Shown here: positions 7,163 to 15,150 of the stretch, in pieces
Layout of the letters: each line of letters begins with the position of its first letter
How positions within the stretch are numbered: the stretch's first letter is position 1
Source: a bacterium
GTDB taxonomy: Bacteria > Patescibacteriota > Minisyncoccia > CAYZDR01
Length of the DNA stretch: 37,747 bases
Assembly: GCA_043806975.1 (NCBI GenBank)
Contig: JAZDGL010000018.1
Location: 1 to 37,747, forward strand
Direction: 5' to 3'
The notes under the pieces: generated by a model
What the model saw: only the letters and a program-made list of their open reading frames with translations
The model's database searches: none
Told to the model about the DNA's origin: nothing
Program-made: the position numbers and the translations under genes

Positions 7163-7321
7163 CTATTGTTTGTTAAAAAATGGTTGTCGGTAAATCGGAG
7201 CTGCATTTGGTCGCGGAGATTTATAATTTGGTTCGTGAGTTTGCTTTCCAGCTCCTCCAAGCCCAACAAACGGGCGGACTGGAACTTTCATAATTTCGTT
7301 TTTTTTAACTTCTTTTTTCAT
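7163..7321 (-). CDS. candidate small protein (52 aa), unknown function
   Basis: MKKEVKKNEIMKVPVRPFVGLGGAGKQTHEPNYKSPRPNAAPIYRQPFFNKQ. AGGGGGG lies 5 nt before the ATG and a terminator follows directly. It is below the ORF-track cutoff. It competes with the low-complexity + strand ORF at 7145-7375. Confidence 0.35.
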   Translation of the reverse strand: MKKEVKKNEIMKVPVRPFVGLGGAGKQTHEPNYKSPRPNAAPIYRQPFFNKQ

Positions 7322-7459
7322 AAATTCCCCCCTGCATCAAAAAAAGGAGCCAAGCCCCTCCTGTTTGATGCATAAAAAAGTTAAAAACCAAAAAACTCGT
7401 GAATTAACTAAAAATATGATACAATATAGAAAATTATTTGTCAAATTTTTTGTTAGAAA

Positions 7460-8224
7460 ATGTTTAACTATAATCCAATTACGGAAATTTCATTTTTAAG
7501 CTTGCGCGTAAATGTTTGGGGGCTTTTTTTGACCGCTGGATTTTTAGCAGGGCTTTTTTTGGCTTTTTCTCTTGCGAAAAAGAACGGCCAAGACGGCGCG
7601 GAGAAAGGACACCTTTTAAATTTATCCATTATTATTTTGATTTTAGGAATTGCTGGAGCAAGAATGCTTTACGCGCTGGAAAATTTTTCTTATTTTTCCC
7701 ATAATTTTTGGGAAATTTTTGACTTATCCACAGGCGGACTATCTTTTTTTGGCGGGTTTTTGCTAAGCCTTGCAGGCGCATTTTTATATCTGAAAAAAAA
7801 TAAACAAAATTTTTGGAAATTTGTGGATATTCTTTCTTTGTCTGCTCTTTTGGGAATGACATTTGGCAGAATAGGATGTTTTTTGGCGCACGATCACTTG
7901 GGGGAAATTATGAAAAACTCGTTTTTTTTGGGAGTAAAATTGAACGGAGCGGTTTATCACGATCCCGCCTTGTATCTTCTAACAACAAACGCAATTCTTT
8001 TTTTGATTTCTTTTTATTTGTATGTTAAAATAAAACAAAGAGGGTGGATTTTTTTAATTTTTTTGGCAGGGTTAGGATTTTCAAGGCTTTTTTGGGATTT
8101 TTTCAGAGTTGATCCAATTTTCTGGGGGTTAACTGTTGCGCAGTGGATAACTTTGCCGATTCTTGTATTTTCAGCCTGTCTATTGATAAGTTTAATTAAA
8201 CAAAAAAATAAATTAAAATTATGA
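7460..8224 (+). CDS. lgt: prolipoprotein diacylglyceryl transferase
   Basis: Polytopic membrane protein with GGLSFFGG and FGRIGCFL (Lgt GRxGN/CF) motifs. Confidence 0.85.
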   Translation: MFNYNPITEISFLSLRVNVWGLFLTAGFLAGLFLAFSLAKKNGQDGAEKGHLLNLSIIILILGIAGARMLYALENFSYFSHNFWEIFDLSTGGLSFFGGFLLSLAGAFLYLKKNKQNFWKFVDILSLSALLGMTFGRIGCFLAHDHLGEIMKNSFFLGVKLNGAVYHDPALYLLTTNAILFLISFYLYVKIKQRGWIFLIFLAGLGFSRLFWDFFRVDPIFWGLTVAQWITLPILVFSACLLISLIKQKNKLKL

Positions 8225-8346
8225 AATTAAAAATTTTTCTTTGCGCGATATTTTTTATTGCAGGGCTGTTTTTAGGCGCTGTTATTAAGAAAACGGCTAA
8301 TCCGCTTGCAAGCGTTGGGAATGAAGAATTGACAGTAAAAAAATAA
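8221..8346 (+). CDS. candidate 41-aa membrane peptide, start overlapping the lgt stop (ATGA)
   Basis: MKLKIFLCAIFFIAGLFLGAVIKKTANPLASVGNEELTVKKK. Its TM segment resembles the signal anchor of the next gene (LC..F...GLF.GA pattern). Confidence 0.3.
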   Translation: MKLKIFLCAIFFIAGLFLGAVIKKTANPLASVGNEELTVKK

Positions 8347-8373
8347 AATTATTTTTAAAATTTAAAGCAAAAT

Positions 8374-9366
8374 ATGTTAAAAAAATTTTTTTCAATAATT
8401 TCAAACAATAAGCTTTTGTGCTTTTGTTTTCTTTTTCTAGGTTTGTTTATCGGGGCGCTTGCGGTGGATTTTTCAGGGGTAGGAAAGGGAACGGTTTCCT
8501 TGGATTATTTGCAAAGCAATTCCGCGAAAATGTTTCAGACTGGCGATAAAACTTGGATTTCTTACGATAACCCTATTGTAGAGGTAATCGCGCTTAATGA
8601 TTTTAAATGTTCCTATTGCGATGATTCGGAATATAAGGAATTTATAGAGCAAAACATTACGCCTACTGTTGAAATTAAGGATTTAGATGTGAATTCTCAG
8701 GAGGGGAAAACTTTTATCAAAACATTCAACATAAAAGCGATTCCGGCGTATATTTTTTCTGAAGAGATTAAAAATATAAAAGATTTTTCTAAAATTAGCG
8801 ATATTTTTAAGCAGGAGGGGGAATTTTTGATTTTAGAATCTTATAAAACTGGAGCGCTTACTCCTTTAAAAGTTTTAGATAATCCTTTAAAATCAAGCGA
8901 CGCTAAAATTACCATTGTAGAAATAAGCGACTATGAATGTCCATATTGCAAAAAGGCTGCGGGGGCGTTAAAAGATGCCTTAAAGGATTATCCCGAAAGT
9001 GAAGTAAAGTTAATTCATAAACATTTGCCTTTGGATTTCCATAATTTTGCGCTTGACGCGTCGGTGGCGGCAGAATGCGCTCGCAGGCAAGAAAAATTTA
9101 GCCAAATGAATGATATTTTGTTTGGATCCCAGTTTGATTCAGAAGATGACATAAAAAATTTCGCCAAAAACATTCCTGGTTTAAATTATTTGCAATTTGA
9201 GGAGTGTTTTGACTATCGGGCGACGGAAGCAATTGTGGAATTTGACAAAAATTGGGCTATGGACTTTAATATCTATGCAACCCCTACATTTTTAGTGAAC
9301 GAAAGGTATATAGGCGGAGCGATTAGCGCGGAAGAATTTAAAAAAATAATAGAGGAAGAGCTGTAA
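8374..9366 (+). CDS. membrane-anchored DsbA-like thiol:disulfide oxidoreductase with two thioredoxin-fold domains
   Basis: N-terminal TM anchor and two CxxC motifs (CSYC, CPYC), each in a DsbA-like context (ISDYECPYCKK). Confidence 0.75.
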   Translation: MLKKFFSIISNNKLLCFCFLFLGLFIGALAVDFSGVGKGTVSLDYLQSNSAKMFQTGDKTWISYDNPIVEVIALNDFKCSYCDDSEYKEFIEQNITPTVEIKDLDVNSQEGKTFIKTFNIKAIPAYIFSEEIKNIKDFSKISDIFKQEGEFLILESYKTGALTPLKVLDNPLKSSDAKITIVEISDYECPYCKKAAGALKDALKDYPESEVKLIHKHLPLDFHNFALDASVAAECARRQEKFSQMNDILFGSQFDSEDDIKNFAKNIPGLNYLQFEECFDYRATEAIVEFDKNWAMDFNIYATPTFLVNERYIGGAISAEEFKKIIEEEL

Positions 9367-9390
9367 AAAGTCTGTTAGCTATTTTTTATA

Positions 9391-9510
9391 TATAGCTCCC
9401 GCAAAACAAATTCTAATAATTTCTCCCTTTAAAAAGGGAGATTACTGCCCAAGGCGGTCTGCCTTGGGCAGAAGAGGGATTTTAAAATAAATTTGTTTTG
9501 CGGAAGCTAT
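9391..9510. repeat. Family-A modular palindromic element, copy 3 (complete, 120 bp)
   Basis: TATAGCTCCCGCAAAACAAATT ... AATTTGTTTTGCGGAAGCTAT. It starts 25 nt after the DsbA-like stop and ends 28 nt before tRNA-CAU. Confidence 0.9.
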
Positions 9511-9538
9511 GTGCGATAGAAATTGTTATTGATTTTTT

Positions 9539-9610
9539 GGGCCCATAGCTCAGTGGTAGAGCGCCCGGCTCATAACCGGTTGGTCGTAGGTCCGACCCCT
9601 ACTGGGCCCA
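9539..9610 (+). tRNA. tRNA with CAU anticodon (elongator Met or lysidine-dependent Ile2; not an initiator)
   Basis: GGGCCCA-TA-GCTC-AGTGGTA-GAGC-G-CCCGG-CTCATAA-CCGGT-TGGTC-GTAGG-TCCGACC-CCTAC-TGGGCCC-A. The G1-C72 pair argues against initiator identity. The T-loop reads TCCGACC rather than TTCRAnn. CCA is not encoded. Confidence 0.8.
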
Positions 9611-9686
9611 CAGAATTTTGCAAAAATAAAAAATAAAATCGCCTTAATTTTATAAATTTAAATTGCGGCGGGATAAGGATAAAAAA

Positions 9687-10835
9687 ATGAAAAATAAAAA
9701 ACAAATTAAAATAGTATTTTTTTCTTTTTTAGTGGTTTTAACCGCGCTTTTTTTTAGCGTTTTTTCTTTTTGCGCCAAGTCTGCTAGCGCAGAAGAAAAA
9801 GAAAAGGCAAGCGCGCTGTTTTTTTATGGGACAGGCTGTCCTGCGTGCGAAAATGTAAAGCCGTTTTTGGAAGATTTTCAAGAAAAAAATGCAGATTCTA
9901 TTGATATAAAATCTTTTGACCTTTATTCAGGCGATAAACAGGTTTTGGATTTATTTAAAATTTATGCTACAAGGTATTTTCTTCAATCGGAAAGTGTGCC
10001 GACACTGTTTATCTCGGATAAAGTATTTCAAGGGGCGGATAATATCAAAAACGGACTGCAAAAGGCGCTGGTTTCCTGCAATAATCCGTGCAGATTAAAA
10101 GTGAGCCTCATTGAAGCAGTTGAGGATTTGCAAAAAAAGCAAGAAGAAGAGGACTTTCTAAAAAAATCCAGTGAAGAAAGCGCGAGCGATTTGGTGATAA
10201 TTGAAAATTTCAACCTTTTTCAAGTCGTAAATTCTGCCTTAGCTGATTCTGTCAGTTTGTTTATTTTGGCGGCAATAATAATTTTATTGGCGATTTTATT
10301 TAGAACAAATTTTGATTTTAAAGAAAAAGATAAAAAGGCATTATTAAAAATAGGAGCGGAGTTTATCTTAGGATTTTTTCTTGTTTTTTTTCTTGTTTCG
10401 CTGGGAATATTTCAATCTTTATATAAATTTTCTTGGCCGAAATATATCTCAATAATTTTTGCGATTTTGATTTTAATTTTTGCGATTTTTGAAACGAGGC
10501 TTATTTTGACGGGGAAAAACTTAAAAAATAATCAATGGGTGAAGAAGGCGGCGACTTGGGCTGTCCCTGTCGCGGGAATTTTAGCGGGGCTTTATCAGGT
10601 TTCTAATTTTTCTGCGCAATATGAAAAAATTTTAGAAGGAACTGCTGGTTATGGTATCGGCATTATTAGCGCATTTTTGTTTGTTTATACATTGGTTTTA
10701 TTGTTGCCGCTGGTGATTGTTTTGATTATTTTTACTTTTGGTTTTGATTTAGAAAGGCATCCTAAACTTGAAAAAACTTTTAGAATTATTATGGAGGCGG
10801 CACTGGTCGGATTGGCAGCAGTTTTAATTTTGTAA
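9687..10835 (+). CDS. fusion of an exported thioredoxin-like domain (CPAC) with a polytopic CcdA/DsbD-like membrane domain
   Basis: Signal anchor, FFYGTGCPACENVKPFLE, then about six TM helices. ATG at 9687 (AAGGA upstream) is preferred over the track's TTG at 9663. The membrane-domain family is assigned by pattern only. Confidence 0.6.
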   Translation: MKNKKQIKIVFFSFLVVLTALFFSVFSFCAKSASAEEKEKASALFFYGTGCPACENVKPFLEDFQEKNADSIDIKSFDLYSGDKQVLDLFKIYATRYFLQSESVPTLFISDKVFQGADNIKNGLQKALVSCNNPCRLKVSLIEAVEDLQKKQEEEDFLKKSSEESASDLVIIENFNLFQVVNSALADSVSLFILAAIIILLAILFRTNFDFKEKDKKALLKIGAEFILGFFLVFFLVSLGIFQSLYKFSWPKYISIIFAILILIFAIFETRLILTGKNLKNNQWVKKAATWAVPVAGILAGLYQVSNFSAQYEKILEGTAGYGIGIISAFLFVYTLVLLLPLVIVLIIFTFGFDLERHPKLEKTFRIIMEAALVGLAAVLIL

Positions 10836-10847
10836 AGTTGGATTTTT

Positions 10848-11831
10848 ATGAATTTAATCCAAAAACTTAAAAAATCAGGGTTAAGAGGACGCGGCGGGGC
10901 AAGTTTTCCTGCTTGGCAAAAGTGGGAGGCAGTTAAAAGCGCTTCTAGCGAAACTAAATATGTGGTTTGCAATTTATCCGAAGGCGAGCCTGGCGTTTTT
11001 AAAGATAAATATATTTTAGAAAATTATTTGAAGATTTTGGTTGAAGGGATTGAGCTTGCGGTTAAAACGGTTGGCGCGGAACGGGCGTTTATTGCAATAA
11101 AAGATAGTTATTATGATAAATTTTTTTCTCAAATAATCAATCATATCGGCGGGCAGCCAATTGAAATTTTTAGGAAAGCAGGCGGGTATATTTCAGGAGA
11201 AGAAACGGCTTTGTTGGAAGCTATTGAGAATCGCAGAGTTGAGCCAAGGATAAAACCTCCTTATCCTGTTGACGAGGGGCTTTGGCGGTGTCCGACATTA
11301 GTAAATAACGCGGAAACCTTATTTGATGCGGCGTTGATTGCTCACGGAAAGTATAAGAATGAACGGCTGGTGTCAATTAGCGGAGATTGCAAAAATCCGG
11401 GCTGTTTTAGTTTTTCTGAAAATATAACAATTAAAAAAGCGCTGGAAAATTCGAGGAATTTGCTGGAAGATGATTTTTTTGTGCAAGCTGGCGGGGGAGC
11501 AAGTGGAATTGTATTAAATCGTGAACAGCTAGAATGTCCTTTGGTTGGAATGGGGGCGATTGTGGTTTATGACCGCAAAAAAACTAGGTTAGGCGATTTA
11601 GCCTTAAAGTGGGCGAGATTTTTTAGAGATGAAAGCTGCGGGAAATGCGTTCCGTGCAGAGAGGGAACATTCAGAATTTGTGAAATTTTTGAATCAAAAA
11701 ATCCTCGCTGGGATTTATTATTGGATATTTTTGAAAATTTGAAAAATTCATCTTTTTGCGCGATGGGAAATTTTGTCCCCGTTCCGTTTGAAAGTTTAAT
11801 AAAAAATGTTTTAAATAAAAAACAAGGTTAA
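10848..11831 (+). CDS. NuoF/HydB-like NAD(P)H-binding flavoprotein (FMN plus one 4Fe-4S), minimal 327-aa form
   Basis: GLRGRGGASFP, SGEETALLEAIE and ESCGKCVPCREG...SFCAMG motifs of the 51-kDa subunit family. Confidence 0.85.
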   Translation: MNLIQKLKKSGLRGRGGASFPAWQKWEAVKSASSETKYVVCNLSEGEPGVFKDKYILENYLKILVEGIELAVKTVGAERAFIAIKDSYYDKFFSQIINHIGGQPIEIFRKAGGYISGEETALLEAIENRRVEPRIKPPYPVDEGLWRCPTLVNNAETLFDAALIAHGKYKNERLVSISGDCKNPGCFSFSENITIKKALENSRNLLEDDFFVQAGGGASGIVLNREQLECPLVGMGAIVVYDRKKTRLGDLALKWARFFRDESCGKCVPCREGTFRICEIFESKNPRWDLLLDIFENLKNSSFCAMGNFVPVPFESLIKNVLNKKQG

Positions 11832-11847
11832 AGATTAGATTCGTAGG

Positions 11848-11867
11848 GGCGAACCTGTGTGTTCGCC
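11848..11867. repeat. short GC-rich hairpin in the nuoF-like/hydA spacer
   Basis: GGCGAAC-CTGTGT-GTTCGCC. The GTG start used by the ORF track (11857) lies inside it. Confidence 0.5.
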
Positions 11868-11907
11868 TGAAACTGCAAAAAAAACAATAAAAAAACCGTT
11901 AAAATAT

Positions 11908-13608
11908 ATGGAAATAACCATCAACAATAAAAAAATTAAATGCGAACAAGGCGAAACTATTTTAGATGTTGCAAAACGGGAGGGCATAATTATTCCTTCG
12001 CTGTGCCATCACCCAGACTTGCCCGTAAAAGCGAATTGCAGAATTTGCGTTGTTGAAATTGATGGTATGGAAAAATTGCAAACATCTTGTTCAACAAAAG
12101 TTAAAGATAAAATGATTATAAAAACAGATACAGATAAAGCTTTGAAGGCTAGAAAAATGAATTTAGAGCTGATTTTTGCGGAGCACATAGAAAAATGCCC
12201 CGATTGCATTTATAATGGGCGATGTAAAATTCAGGATTTGGCAGAACAGTATAAAATTAAAATTGACAGCCGTTTTCAAGACCGTAAAAGAGATCGCGCG
12301 ACATATAATTTTGGGAATGCTGTAAATTTAGATTTATCTAAATGTATTGATTGTCAAAATTGTGTTTCTGCCTGTGAAATGCAGCAAGCGAGATTTCTAG
12401 AAATGTCGGGAAAGGGGTATAAATCGCAGATTTCTCCTACGCAAGATAAAGAAAGAGATTGTATTTATTGCGGGCAGTGCGCCGCGCATTGTCCTGTTGG
12501 GGCGGCGCATGAAAATATGGAAGTAGAAAAAGTGGAGAAAGAAATTCGGGAGCTAGATCGGATTGTAATTGCTCAAATAGCGCCCGCTATTCGCGTTAGC
12601 ATAGGAGAGGAATTTGGGTTGGGCAATTTAGGGATTTCCACCGAACAACTTGCTTCTGCGATGAGAATTATTGGTTTTGATATTGTTTTTGACACCTCGG
12701 TTGCCGCTGATTTAACAACCATAGAAGAGGCTGACGAATTGATTGAACGGCTAGAAACGGGAGAAAACTTGCCAATGTTTACTTCGTGCTGTCCTGCGTG
12801 GGTTAAATATGTTGAATTTTATCATCCCGAGCTGATACCAAATTTAACCACAGTGAGGTCGCCGCAGATGATTTTAGGCGGTCTGGCAAAAACATATTTT
12901 GCTAAAATGAAAAAAATTGAGAGCGATGAGATATGCGTAGTTTCAATTATGCCTTGCACTGCCAAGAAATTTGAAGCTAAAAGGGAAGATTTGAAAATTG
13001 AAAATAAAATGTTTCCTGTGGATAATGTTCTGACCACGAGAGAATTGGGGTTTTTGCTGAAAAAATACGGGATAAATCCTAAAAAAGTTTCTCCCGAGCC
13101 GTTGGATAGTCCGTTAGGAGAGCCTAGCGGAGCGGGGATAATTTACGGCGCTGGCGGGGGAGTAATGCTTTCTGTCTTGAGAACGGCGTATTTTAAGCTT
13201 ACAGGGAAAGATTTTCCACTGGATCAGGGGTCTATTTTAAGAGGCGATAAGGGCTTGAAAACGGGGGAAATAAGAATAAATGGGCGAGACATAAAGTTCG
13301 CGGCGGCAAATGGAATGAGAAATGCAGCAATAATTTTAAACCAGCTGGAAACGAACCCGCGTAGTTATGACTATGTGGAAATTATGGCTTGCCCGGGAGG
13401 GTGCATCGGCGGAGGAGGACAGCCTGTTCCGACAAGCGAAGAAATTCGCGCGCGCCGCGCAGAGGCTTTGTTCCAGCTGGATCGCGCAAAGCCAATCCGT
13501 TTTGCGCATAAAAATCCACAAGTTTTACGAATTTATGAGGAATTTTTAATAGAAGAAGACGCAAAACACGATTTGATGTATACTAAATACAGGAGGAGGA
13601 AAAAGTAA
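11908..13608 (+). CDS. hydA: [FeFe]-hydrogenase catalytic subunit (M3-type: 2Fe-2S, His-ligated 4Fe-4S, 2x4Fe-4S, H-cluster)
   Basis: H-cluster signatures TSCCPAW, MPCTAKKFE and EIMACPGGCIGGGGQP, plus N-terminal ferredoxin-like Cys motifs. The ATG at 11908 gives MEITINNKKI... Confidence 0.93.
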   Translation: MEITINNKKIKCEQGETILDVAKREGIIIPSLCHHPDLPVKANCRICVVEIDGMEKLQTSCSTKVKDKMIIKTDTDKALKARKMNLELIFAEHIEKCPDCIYNGRCKIQDLAEQYKIKIDSRFQDRKRDRATYNFGNAVNLDLSKCIDCQNCVSACEMQQARFLEMSGKGYKSQISPTQDKERDCIYCGQCAAHCPVGAAHENMEVEKVEKEIRELDRIVIAQIAPAIRVSIGEEFGLGNLGISTEQLASAMRIIGFDIVFDTSVAADLTTIEEADELIERLETGENLPMFTSCCPAWVKYVEFYHPELIPNLTTVRSPQMILGGLAKTYFAKMKKIESDEICVVSIMPCTAKKFEAKREDLKIENKMFPVDNVLTTRELGFLLKKYGINPKKVSPEPLDSPLGEPSGAGIIYGAGGGVMLSVLRTAYFKLTGKDFPLDQGSILRGDKGLKTGEIRINGRDIKFAAANGMRNAAIILNQLETNPRSYDYVEIMACPGGCIGGGGQPVPTSEEIRARRAEALFQLDRAKPIRFAHKNPQVLRIYEEFLIEEDAKHDLMYTKYRRRKK

Positions 13609-13687
13609 ATAATGCTTTAGCATCATCCTGAACGAGCAGAGCGGGTGAAGGATCTTGTTAAAGTAAAAAAAATTGAAATTATAATTT

Positions 13688-13717
13688 TCCCCCTTTTTAA
13701 AGGGGGATGAAAGGGGG
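13688..13717 (+). promoter_or_regulatory. hairpin cassette supplying or sequestering the Shine-Dalgarno of the downstream gene
   Basis: TCCCCCTTT (13688-13696), AAAGGGGGA (13699-13707), AAAGGGGG (13710-13717), then ATG at 13723. Confidence 0.4.
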
Positions 13718-13722
13718 TTTTT

Positions 13723-14259
13723 ATGCAAATACAACAAAACATTTTTACAAAAATAAATTCAAAACCGTTAATTGTGGAAATTCAGAAAATTTTATTTTTT
13801 GTGATTTTGGCTTCGGTTGTTCCAGCGGTTTTCCATACACAGTGGATAACTGGTCCAATAGTGAATGCGATTTTATTTTTATCTGTAATTTATTGCGGGC
13901 TTTCGGGCGCGCTTGTTGTTTCAATAATTCCAAGCGTGGTCGCGCTTTCTGTCGGGCTTCTTCCGGCTCCGCTTGCTCCGGCTATCCCATATATAATTTT
14001 AGGAAATGCGATAATGGTTTTGGTTTTTTCTGTATTTAGGAATAAAAATTTTTGGCTGGGGATAGGATTAGCTGCTTTGTTAAAATTCGCTTTTTTGTTT
14101 GGAGCCGCGTCGATTGTTATAAAATTATTGTCTGCCTCAAAAATTGCTCCAAAAATAATTGCGATGCTTTCCTGGCCGCAGCTAGCGACGGCGCTGGCTG
14201 GAGGGATCATTGCGTTTGGAATTTATAAATGTTTAGTTTTTTTGCGCGCTCCCAAATAG
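13723..14259 (+). CDS. polytopic membrane protein (about 5 TM helices), possibly ECF-transporter S-component-like
   Basis: 178-aa hydrophobic ORF containing a WITGPIVNAILF segment. The function assignment is weak. Confidence 0.6.
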   Translation: MQIQQNIFTKINSKPLIVEIQKILFFVILASVVPAVFHTQWITGPIVNAILFLSVIYCGLSGALVVSIIPSVVALSVGLLPAPLAPAIPYIILGNAIMVLVFSVFRNKNFWLGIGLAALLKFAFLFGAASIVIKLLSASKIAPKIIAMLSWPQLATALAGGIIAFGIYKCLVFLRAPK

Positions 14260-14308
14260 TATGGATTTATTGGTATTGACATTATCGTATAATAAGTAAA
14301 TAAACATT

Positions 14309-15142
14309 ATGGAAAAAGAAAAATATTTTGATGAAGAAAAAAATATTGAAAGTGAAAATATCGCAGATCAAGGATCGGTGGAAAAGAAGAAAATAAAATC
14401 GCGCCTGTCCTTGGGGTGGGGAAAACTAAAAGAAAAATTTAAGCAACCGCTTCAAAAAAACGTAAGAAAAGCCGTAGTTTTGTCTTCTGTCGCCTTTACG
14501 ATGTTGAGCGCGTCCGAAGGGATGGCCTTATCGCATAAGGAGCTTGTGGATACATTTAGAAAAGATGAAAATAAATATGAGTTGGTTTTAGGAGAAAAGC
14601 AATTGCAACAGTTAGAGGTAAAAGAATATAAAGATTTATTTAGCCATACTGAAGAGGTTGATCAAAAAATAAATCCTGAAAAAATTACTACGGAATTTAG
14701 TTTGATGAATGAAATTTCAGAAAGTTTAAATAAACAATATAAAGAAAGGAATGGTTCGGCTGGTAGCTTTGACTTGTCTCAAAGAGCTTATGATAAAATT
14801 GAAGAAGCGAATGAAATATTTGAAAGAATTAACAAACTTCCCGAAGAAGAAAAAAATAAATTTAGGGCAAAAGTTTTTGAAGAAGGGAATTTGAATTGGA
14901 TTAACGCATTTAAAATATTTTTTGTAAAACGCGCATTGGAAAATATAGCTTTAATCCCTCACGAATTAGGTCATCAATCGGAAGCATCAGTGCAAGGGGT
15001 TGAAACAAAAGGGGTAAATTTTAATTTTGGAATTTACCCCGCAGGGTTTTGCGGTCTTAGGGGATTGAAGAAAGCTAAAAACCCTGAATTAATTGATTCT
15101 GCGGGGATTAATTCGTCTAACAATATGTCAGAGTTTATATAA
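14309..15142 (+). CDS. hypothetical membrane-anchored protein with an HExxH motif (possible zinc metallopeptidase), probably truncated
   Basis: Charged N-terminus, one TM helix (AVVLSSVAFTMLSA), a coiled region and IPHELGHQ. It ends 8 nt before a start-less ORF in another frame. Confidence 0.6.
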   Translation: MEKEKYFDEEKNIESENIADQGSVEKKKIKSRLSLGWGKLKEKFKQPLQKNVRKAVVLSSVAFTMLSASEGMALSHKELVDTFRKDENKYELVLGEKQLQQLEVKEYKDLFSHTEEVDQKINPEKITTEFSLMNEISESLNKQYKERNGSAGSFDLSQRAYDKIEEANEIFERINKLPEEEKNKFRAKVFEEGNLNWINAFKIFFVKRALENIALIPHELGHQSEASVQGVETKGVNFNFGIYPAGFCGLRGLKKAKNPELIDSAGINSSNNMSEFI

Positions 15143-15150
15143 TTAAGGGG

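Noticed and set aside
7145-7375. 76-aa + strand ORF from the track
   Set aside because: Its ATG sits inside a terminator stem, it has no SD, and its sequence is L/F/S-rich and low-complexity. The opposite strand carries an SD-led ORF with a correctly placed terminator.
11857-11907. N-terminal extensions from non-ATG starts in the ORF track (hydA GTG 11857; also 2242, 9663, 21785, 22664, 24049, 24600, 28776, 28781, 29600, 31509, 37043, 37118)
   Set aside because: The extensions run through repeats, terminators or hairpins and lack homology to the protein families. Internal ATGs give canonical N-termini such as MKFIFVAGG for PyrG and MKVIL for L9.
13707-14039. 110-aa ORF in an alternative frame overlapping 13723-14259
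   Set aside because: The 178-aa frame gives a coherent multi-TM protein and is preceded by an SD-like tract. The alternative frame is Cys/Phe-rich noise.
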